Below the pieces are notes generated by a model. The model saw only the letters and a list, made by a program, of their open reading frames with translations, was not told where the DNA came from and did no database searches. Below, in pieces: positions 53,439-64,000 of a DNA stretch of 64,000 nucleotides (position 1 is the first letter of the stretch; each line of letters starts with the position of its first letter). Made by a program: the position numbers and the translations under genes. The stretch is from Octopus vulgaris (Eukaryota). Where the stretch lies: the NCBI GenBank assembly GCA_951406725.2, contig OX597822.1, positions 96,100,001-96,164,000 of the forward strand, read 5' to 3'.

Positions 53439-55041
53439 TTGTTGGCTTCTATTTGACATCTTCAACGTGTCATCGCATTCATTTTTTTCTTCGAACTGTG
53501 TATCAGCCAGGCATTAGCTTCTTCTAAGTTGTTCAAGTTTAAGCGTTTTCCAGTTGTCCTCCTCGTCGCCATGTGTTGTTTCACTCTTATAGGACAAATG
53601 TTAAATATTCGTAACTGCAAGTCACACAGCTCACATTTCGAGAACCACGCTGTACCGTTCCTAGTAGCGTTCTCCTCTCGTGATTTCCATGTAGTTGTTG
53701 TACGAGATCTCGTTTGAGAATTCTCTATACATATCAGGATACCAAATCAGCAACCCAATGCAACTATCACAAGAATAAAATGGTGGGAGAGGAAGTTGTT
53801 AAAGAAACAGAAAACTGTGGACGAAAGGCAGAGAAAGAAAGATAGATAGAGAGAAAGGGGAAGAGTGACAGTGAGAGGAATAGCTATGAGAAGAAAAATA
53901 GAAATGTAAGAATGAGCTATAAAGAGAAAGACAGACGGACAATCAGAGAGAGAAAGAGAGATGATGATGACGACGACGACGGCTCCATGTATTTTCATAG
54001 TTATCTAATCACTTCTAAAAGTACGCTACAGATGTTAGGATGCCATTGTTTCATTTGGAACAAAACAATGCCATATTTATTTCATTCATACGGAATTCTT
54101 TGGCTGGCTGCCCGTCTGGCAGGCTGGGTGTCTGGTTGCACGTCTGACAGGCCGACTGGCCGATTCCTGGCTGGCATGTCAGCCGTTTGGCTGGCTGGCT
54201 GGCTGGCTGACTAACTTAGCTCTCCAGGAGGCGAGTCTGATGATGATAGGGTGGAGACGGCAGATTCTAAAAGTAGCAACGCAACATAGTTCATTTCCTG
54301 ACCTGCTTACTGTCCTACTCTGTAACTAGTAGTTACAAGCATGGGATTGCGGCCACGCTGGAGTACCGCCTTCAAGAGTCTATTAATTACCCCCAGGACT
54401 TGTTTCACTTTGGTTATTATTTTATGAGCTGGCAGAAACGTTAGCACGCCGGACGAAATGCTCAGCGGTATTTCGTCTGCCGTTACGTTCTGAGTTCAAA
54501 TTCTGCCGAGGTCGACATTGCCTTTCGGGTCGATAAATTAAGTACCAGTTACGCACTGGGGGTCGATGTAATCGAATTAATCCGTTTGTCTGTCCTTGTT
54601 TCTCCTCTCTGTGTTTAGCCCCTTGTGGGCAGTAAAGAAATAGGTTATTATTTTATCGATCGATAAGGCGGCGAGCTGGCAGAAACGTTAGCGACATTTC
54701 GTTTGTCCTTACCTTCTAAATTCAAATTACCGAGGTAGACTTCACCATTCGTCCTTTCGGGGTCAATAAATTAACAACCAGTGAAACACTGGCGTCGATG
54801 TAATCGACTGGTGCCCGCCCCAAAAATTTCAGGCTTTGTGCCTTTAGAAGAAAGGGTTATTTATTACTTCGTTTTAGAAAGAAAGTCATTATTCAATGTC
54901 ATGTTTCATTATTTAAGACAGTAGGGGATGATTTAAAGGAGATTTGGTTGCTATTTCGTGCGAATCGAGCGGCCACAACAACGTTCCGGCGTGGTATCGG
55001 TGAAACAGATGTGTTCTCTTGGAGTGGTTAACACCAATACC

Positions 55042-55640
55042 TATTTCTTTATTACCCACAAGGGGCTAAACACAGAGGGGACAAACAAGGACAGACATAG
55101 GTATTAAGTCGATTACATCGACCCCAGTGCGTAACTGGTACTTAATTAATCGACCCCGAAAGGATGAAAGGCAAAGTCGACCTCGGCGGAATTTGAACTC
55201 AGAACGTAGCGGTAGACGAAATACCTATTTCTTTACTACCCACAAGGAGCAAAACACAGAGGGGACAAACAAGGACAGACATAGGCATTAAGTCGATTAC
55301 ATCGACCCCAGTGCGTAACTGGTACTTAATTTATCGACCCCGAAAGGATGAAAGGCAAAGTCGACCTCGGCGGAATTTGAACTCACAACGTAACGCAGAC
55401 GAAATACTTATTTCTTTATTACCCACAAGGAGCTAAACATAGAGGGGACAAACAAGGACATACATAGGTATTAAGTCGATTACATCGACCCCAGTGCGTA
55501 ACTGGTACTTAATTTATCGACCCCGAAAGGATGAAAGGCAAAGTCGACCTCGGCGGAATTTGAACTCAGAACGTAGCGGCAGACGAAATACCGCTCAGCA
55601 TTTCGCCCGGCGCGCTAACGTTTCTGCCAGCTCGCCGCCA
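55042..55640 (-). mobile_element. SINE family C trimer within a single TSD
   Basis: Junctions at 55225 and 55408; TGGTTAACMCCAATACC flanks both ends. Confidence 0.85.
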
Positions 55641-55730
55641 ATATTGGTTAACCCCAATACCGATTCTCTACTCCCATGAAACGTTATGCAAAGAAGGACA
55701 TTCGCGATGAATATGCGTCTCACACCTGTC

Positions 55731-56353
55731 TTATATTACTTGATGTACAAGGTAGACGTTTAAACTCTAGTCAGCAATATGTTGAATGATTTTGCCTTGA
55801 CAAAGTGAGAAAATGGCTACGATATTAAAAGTCAGTGTTTCCATGACCCTGGAGACTAGGCCTAGTTTGTGCGACATCCCTTCTTGGTAATAATTCATCT
55901 ATACTAATTCTTGAACCAGATTTTCCTTTTAACTGTATTATATTACTTGATGTACAAGGTAGACGTTTAAACTCTAGTCAGCAAATATGTTGAATGATTT
56001 TGTCTTCACAGAGTGAGAAAATGGCTACGATATTAAAAGTCAGTGTTTCCATGACCCTGGAGACTAGGCCTAGTTTGTGCGACATCCCTTCTTGGTAATA
56101 ATTCATGTATACTAATTCTTGAACCAGATTTTCCTTTTAACTGTATTATATTACTTTATGTACAAGGTAGACGTTTAAACTCTAGTCAGCAAATATGTTG
56201 AATGATTTTGTCTTCACAGAGTGAGAAAATGGCTACGATATTAAAAGTCAGTGTTTCCATGACCCTGGAGACTAGGCCTAGTTTGTGCGACATCCCTTCT
56301 TGGTAATAATTCATGTATACTAATTCTTGAACCAGATTTTCCTTTTAACTGTA
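55731..56353. repeat. Tandem triplication of a 207-208 bp unit
   Basis: Units start at 55731, 55938 and 56146 and differ by only a few substitutions. Confidence 0.9.
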
Positions 56354-56643
56354 TAAACCAGTATCAAAATAGAATATTTTCCTCTGACTTAGAACATAAA
56401 GGAAACTTGTCACCTGTCATGTTCGAACAAATACTCTTTTCTAGAAAAACTAATTATTCAGGAATAGCATTTGTATTCTTATACAGACATCGTTATAGTG
56501 GAGGAACTACGTTTGACAATGAGTCAGTTCTGTAAGTATCTCATTTCATTTACACCTGATGCTCATTCTATCGTTTTCTTTTGCTGAACTGCAGTGTTAC
56601 GGGGACGTAAACCAACCAACGCCGATTATCAAACGGTGTTGGA

Positions 56644-56684
<41 letters not shown>

Positions 56685-57196
56685 CACACGACAGACCTCT
56701 TTCGGTTTCCATCTATCAAATCCACTCACAAGCCTTTGGTCGACCCGGGGCTTAAGATGCCATGTAGTGAGACTGAACCTAGAACCGTATGGTTGCGAAG
56801 TAAACTTCTTACCATACACATGTTTCTTTTTCTTTCTTTTTTTTTTTTTCAGCCCCCACGACACTTTACTTGATAAGCAGAGATGGGCATGAAACGGTGA
56901 AAAAAGAGAGACTGAATATCGAACTGGAATTTTAAAAAACAAGTGAGGATGAAGAACGATGTGGAGAGAGAAAATATTTGAGATGAAGTGGGGGTGAGGA
57001 AGTTATAGAGTGTGGTGGGTGTGGTGGTAGTGGGCAACAGAAGGGAACGACAAAACAAAAAAACATAACGTAGAAAAGGGCTGCGAGAGAACAAGGAAAT
57101 AAATAATGCTATTTACCCAGTTAAAAAAATTGGGTTAGTTAACACTTTATATTAATAATAATAATAATAATAATAATAACAATAATAATAATAATG

Positions 57197-57272
<76 letters not shown>

Positions 57273-57274
57273 TA

Positions 57275-58410
<1,136 letters not shown>

Positions 58411-59090
58411 TTGCTTGAAATTTCGGTACTAGTCCAGTAGTTTCAGGTGGAAGAGGTTAGTTGCTTAGTTTATAGCCAACGTTGATCTGTAACACAAGAT
58501 AAGTTCCACAACAAAATTCTAACTATTTATTGGCTCAATTAACTGTAATTAACTCCTTGCCAACATTTTGTTTTTGCTGTTGATAGTGTTTTTATTTAGC
58601 CCTAAGTGAACCATGACTGAACAAACATTTTTTATGGATAATCCAGCGAGGACCGTCCCGTTTATAAGAGGTCTACAACTAGGTCTACATTTTCCAATAT
58701 GTCATTCCCACGGCGGGTCTAATTTGAATAAGATTTGACTGCAATTTCTGGCGAGCTTACAGGCCACATGGAGGGCTGCATTTTTAACTCGTGTTGCTGC
58801 CATCATTGATGTTTATCGCAGCTCTCTTCACTATTCCTGCATACAGTGAAAAAGCACACAAATCTGATGAGAACTTAACCTACAATAAAGTAACAGAGTG
58901 AAGGGTGTGGCGAGATAAGAAACAGTCATTTAGCTTAGCTTTTATTTAACTTTACTCTTAGTTCCTTTCTCCTGTCAAACATTCGTACTATTATTTCGTA
59001 AGGAATGGCCTAGCTTTCAATTTGGTTATCTTCTTTCTTTGATGGAATTCATTTACAACGAACACCACACATATGCGTGGGAATGCCATG

Positions 59091-59249
<159 letters not shown>

Positions 59250-59527
59250 GCAGTGGGAAGGATTTTACTCTTGAGAAGAGAAAGAGCTTTTCATAGGTTT
59301 GGCTTTAGATGTGTATGTGTTTGTTGGCAGTCACGTGAAGTCGGGTTTGGCTTTTATATTCAAGTGGATGTTGATATCTGATTACATAAAGCATTACTCA
59401 TAGATGAGTATGTACCTATGTCCAACGGCTTTGGGCGGGGCTGAAAAATGTAGTGCGTGGTCGGATTGTCTTTGGTGACGATTACCAATGCTTAATTTCA
59501 TTAAGCATTAAACACTCAGTTACTTAA

Positions 59528-59925
59528 TCTTTATATATATAAAAGAGAAGTTGTGTGTCTGTCTCCTACGATTTAGATTCCTAACTACTCCCACATTTTG
59601 CGGTGCAGTTTAACCAAAACCGGGTATCTTATAGCCGTGATTCATATCGAGCCCTTCTGGGTATTAGCGCGCGTCTACGATGAGTCTACGATTTTAAAAA
59701 AAATTTACCATCAATTTTTCCCATTTTTAATGCATTTTTGGCATATATAAGGGAAGTAACTCTCTAAAAATTTATTATTAAATCTCAGAACGTAAAAAGT
59801 TACAGTAACACCCCCCCTCCTTTGTGGTTAGCCATGTTGAGATGGCTATTATACTTTACATCTCTAAAAATGCTTATATAGTTATTTCCCTTACAAACCC
59901 GAGCAACGCCGGGCGATACTGCTAG
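59528..59925 (+). mobile_element. Non-autonomous Helitron sharing its 3' end with 1852-2236
   Basis: A|TCTTTATATATAT start, CCCGAGCAACGCCGGG hairpin, CTAG|T end. Confidence 0.8.
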
Positions 59926-59941
59926 TATTAAATATTAGGAT

Positions 59942-60310
59942 AAGGCGGCGAACTGGCAGAATCGTTAGCACGCCGGGCGAAATGCGTAGTCGTATTTCGT
60001 CTGCCGTTACGTTCCGAGTTCAAATTCCGCCGAGGTCGACTTTGCCTTTCATCCTTTCGGGATCGATTAAATAAATACCTGTTACGCTCTGGGGTCGATA
60101 TAATCGACTTAATCCGTTTGTCTGTCCTTGTTTGTCCCTTCTGTGTTTAGCCCCTTGTGGGTAGTAAAGAAATGGAAATAGGTATTTCGTCTGTTTTTAC
60201 TTTCTGAATTCAAATTCGCCGAGGTCGACTTTGCCTTTCATTAAGTACCAGTTGCGAACTGGGGTCGATCGAATCGGCTGGCCTCACTCCCAAAAATTTC
60301 GGGCGTTGTG
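59942..60310 (+). mobile_element. SINE family C composite
   Basis: Full monomer followed by a second, internally deleted body. Confidence 0.8.
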
Positions 60311-60918
60311 CCTAGAGTAGAAAGAACTATGTGTGTGTGTGCGTGAGTTTAGAGGGATATATTATCCGGGCGGATACCGTGGCGGCTCTCAATCATGTTT
60401 CGGGTTACGGCTAACCTCATCGATCAGTATTTAACGCCTATGACTATTAGTTGTCAGTCACTCTGTAAATTACTCCAACGGGTAATTCTGTGTTCGCCTC
60501 ACTGGACAGTAATGGGCCGTCAGCTGTCTAAGGTAGGCCGCTAACCGTACAGTACAAGAAGGATCCATAATTCGCATGCTTTCACTAGAAATGAACGTTG
60601 TCGCCGAAAAGGTCAACATTTACAATCGAATATACATCCTCTAGAGACCCTCATGTGGTAAACCACAGCAGACAGCGCGCCGGTGGAGAGGCGATGGAAA
60701 CAATCTACCTACTGTCATAAACAACAGTATCACTCTTGACCTCGAGCTATCTGGGCATTTATAAGAAACCCACTTTGATTTTACAAACTTCTTTTGTAGT
60801 ATACAAGAACTTAGTGCCGGCCAAACCTTGTTAGTGGATTTGGAAATGTTAAAGCGGCATTTCGTCGGTCTTTACGTTCTAGGTTCAAATTCCACCGAAG
60901 TCGACTTTCCTTTCATTC

Positions 60919-61571
60919 GCAACTGGTACTTAATGAAAGGCAAAGTCTACCTCGGCGGAATTTGAACTCGGAAAGTAAAAACAGACGAAATACCTATTTC
61001 CATTTCTTTACTACCCACAAGGGGCTAAACACAGAAGGGACAAACAAGGACAGACAAACGGATTAAGTCGATTATATCGACCCCAGTGCGTAACAGGTAC
61101 TTATTTAATCGATCCCGAAAGGATGAAAGGCAAAGTCGACCTCGGCGGAATTTGAACTCGGAACGAAACGGCAGACGAAATACCTATTTCTTTACTACCC
61201 ACAAGGGGCTAAACACAGAAGGGACAAACAAGGACAGACAAACGGATTAAGTCGATTATATCGACCCCAGTGCGTAACAGGTACTTATTTAATCGATCCC
61301 GAAAGGATGAAAGGCAAAGTCGACCTCGGCGGAATTTGAACTCGGAACGAAACGGCAGACGAAATACCTATTTCTTTACTACCCACAAGGGGCTAAACAC
61401 AGAAGGGACAAACAAGGACAGGCAAACGGATTAAGTCGATTATATCGACCCCAGAGCGTAACAGGTACTTATTTAATCGATCCCGAAAGGATGAACGGCA
61501 AAGTCGACCTCGGCGGAATTTGAACTCGGAACGTACCGGCAGACGAAATACGACTACGCATTTCGCCCGGA
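60919..61571 (-). mobile_element. SINE family C multimer; inverted counterpart of 59942-60255
   Basis: 184-bp period (junctions 61184 and 61368). It shares a private deletion and a CCATTT insertion with 60165-60255. Confidence 0.85.
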
Positions 61572-61710
61572 TGCTAGAAGTCCATCATATATACATATAT
61601 GAGTCGTGTGTGTGTGTTTGCGTGTATTTGTGTCTGTGTTAGTCCCCACCACCACCACCGCTAAGCGTGTTCACGTATTCGTAACTTCGGCAAAACAGAG
61701 CGAAAGAATA

Positions 61711-62088
61711 CACTTGCGTCAGAAATTAATTAGCACTTCTCAAATTTCTACATTAAATAGGTTAAATCAATTAACCTATGAGCTGTTCAAAACGTCTTAC
61801 GCGATGAGAAAACTTAGTATGGTGTGATTTCGGTCCTTGCGAGGCGCTACCTATATCTATTAAACAAAGGAAGATTTGTCTGCATCCGCACTCCAAGTTG
61901 TTGCACTGCTATGTCAACATGATAAGGCTTGTAGACTCTCAAACTGCTCTGCAAACAAAGTTACGTCATCGTTCTGCGCAACAGTGAACTCGCAACAAAG
62001 CAATAGTTCGAGATATGGCCACTAGGTGACAGCACATACCTTGAGTGAAGAGCAAATCAAGGGTGCTAATTAATTTCTGACGGTAGTG
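61711..62088. mobile_element. Tc1/mariner-type MITE inserted in a family B SINE
   Basis: TIR CACT..CGTCAGAAATTAATTAGCAC at both ends; TA TSD. Confidence 0.8.
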
Positions 62089-62704
62089 TAAGTACAAGGC
62101 TTTTAAAAAAATAAGCACTGGTGTAGATTTCGTTCGACTAAAATTCTTCAAGACGGTACTCAGAGTGGCCACAATTTAATGACTGAAACAAGTAAAAGAT
62201 AAAAGATGTTTGTTTGCTTTTAGTTTGGTGAGAGCTTAAATTTTAATTTCAGTATTTTAATTATATCAATAAGGGTCATGAACCCCACCACAGACATTTG
62301 ACAACATCTAGTTCCAATAAAGTATTGGCCTTTTTCTTTGCCACGTTAGTTCTTTGCAATTAAATTGTTGTCAAACTTCATCAAATTCTTGCCTGGAACG
62401 TAATCCCCACAGATGTCAGTTATGGCTAGAAAGACGTTTAAATATTCTATCTGCTATTTTTATATTTCTCAGTCCATCTCGCGAGGAAATCTTTTACAAT
62501 TATTTCTTAATCCGCTTTCATTAATCAACTCACAAATCAATTTACAAATTTCCATCTACAAACTATAAATATAATTTGCCAAGAATTAAATAGAAAACCA
62601 TTAAACACAGGTTTTGATGATACAAATGAATTCTTTTTATAGCGGAAGACTTGGTTGCCTCTGTGGAAGAGCTCTTAGAAACACTGTTATGATGGCAGTA
62701 GGTT

Positions 62705-63088
62705 ATTCTTTTATTCTTTTATATGTTTCAGTCATTTGACTGCGGCCATGCTGGAGCACCACATTAAGGAGTTCCTCAGTCGAAGAAATCGCCCCCAGGA
62801 CTTATTCTTTGTAGGCCAAGCAATTATTCCATCGGTCTCTTTTGCCGAACCACTAAGTTACGGGGACGTAAACACACAAATCTCGCGGGTGGGGAGGGAA
62901 CACAAACACAATGACACTCATAAAAATACACACATATATATATTTATATACGACGGGCTTCTTTCAGTTTCCATCTACCACATCCACTGACAAGGCTCCG
63001 ATCGGCCCGAGGCTTTGCCCAAGGCACCATGCAGTGGGACTGAACCCGGAACCATGTGGCTAAGAAGTAAGCGTCTTACCACACAGCC
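62705..63088 (-). mobile_element. Diverged SINE family B
   Basis: Degenerate match to the other copies. Confidence 0.7.
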
Positions 63089-63448
63089 AACGTTCTTCCA
63101 GTATGACTTTCCTAAAATGAATGTAATGTCGTCCATTGTTATATAAAATGTCCTATGTCTAAATGATGAAAGAAAACGTGAGAAATGGTTGTTCAGTAGC
63201 ATAAAATACCAGCCAAGTAATGAGAACGATGTAATCGGCTAATATTTGCTCTCAAAATTGTTGGCTATTTGCCTTAATTAGAAACAATTATTATTAGTAG
63301 TAGTAGTAGTTAATTGGCGAGTAAGGCGGCGAGCTGGCAGAATCGTTAGCGCACCGGGCAAAATGTTAAAGCGGCATTTCGTCGGTCTTTACGTTCTAGG
63401 TTCAAATTCCACCGAGGTCGACTTTCCTTTCATTCTTTTGGGGGGGGG

Positions 63449-63630
63449 CACTAGCGTAACTAGAGTGTATGCCACCCGAGGCGGCCCTTCCGTTTTCCGC
63501 CCCCCCAGACCCCACAAAAACACATATTGCCTACAGCAGACCCAAAAAGTGGTGCTCCTTTAAAACTGCCGCCGGGGCAGACCGCCCCTACCGACCGCCT
63601 TTATACCGACCCCACCTAGCTACGCTGGTG
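63449..63630. mobile_element. GC-rich hAT-like MITE inserted in a family C SINE
   Basis: TIRs CACTAGCGTAACTAG / CTAGCTACGCTGGTG; flanks resemble a TTTYGGGG TSD with an expanded G run on the left. Confidence 0.65.
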
Positions 63631-64000
63631 TTTCGGGGTCGATAAAATAAGTACCAGTCAAGCACTGGCGTCGATGTATTTGACTAGCCTCCTCTCCCAA
63701 AATTTCGGGCCTTGTGCTTTTCGTAGAGAGCATTATTAAATCGGCAAGCAGGCAAAGTCGTAAGAGTGTCGAGCAGAAAGCTTTGCGACATTTTTTCCGG
63801 CTTTTTACGTTTGGGGTTTAAATCTCCAGAGCTGAACTTTGTCGTAAACATAAATTACAAGTCAAATCGTAAGGTCGGTGGCGTAAAATTGCCGGCCTTG
63901 TGCCTTAATTCGAAATCATTACTGCTCTTGTGAAGGGCGGTGAGCTGGTAGAATCGTCGAAAACAAAAAGATGTCTTGTATTCCACCTTACTCAATTCGC

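Noticed and set aside
55042-56353. Regularly spaced repeats as a possible CRISPR array
   Set aside because: Whole units repeat with no unique spacers; eukaryotic context and no cas genes.

Overview
This is AT-rich, microsatellite- and SINE-dense animal genomic DNA. The SINE set (tRNA-headed, CORE-like and Meta-like) and the (AT)n/(AC)n/(TAA)n density suggest a coleoid cephalopod, probably Octopus; this is an inference, not a database result. Almost all ORFs in the supplied track are microsatellite or SINE artefacts. The one credible protein-coding feature is a large minus-strand terminal exon (20259-21621) of a retinol-dehydrogenase-like short-chain dehydrogenase/reductase (SDR) with a long acidic tail. 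Its disrupted paralog (37369-39803) lies in an old tandem duplication, and I found no N-terminal Rossmann exons in the window. The rest is transposon debris: Penelope-like elements, R4/Dong, RTE, Gypsy gag, hAT, Tc1/mariner, MITEs and Helitrons. The three most interesting observations are: (1) a ~2.07 kb fold-back (9942-12008) with a type I hammerhead ribozyme motif at each outer end, one per strand; (2) a hairpin-dense 432-bp unclassified element with 77-bp terminal redundancy and a 9-bp TSD (36886-37317), resembling a retroposed 1.2-mer of a structured or circular RNA; (3) one-head/many-body SINE multimers that reuse the same junction at independent loci. Coordinates and identities were read by eye.
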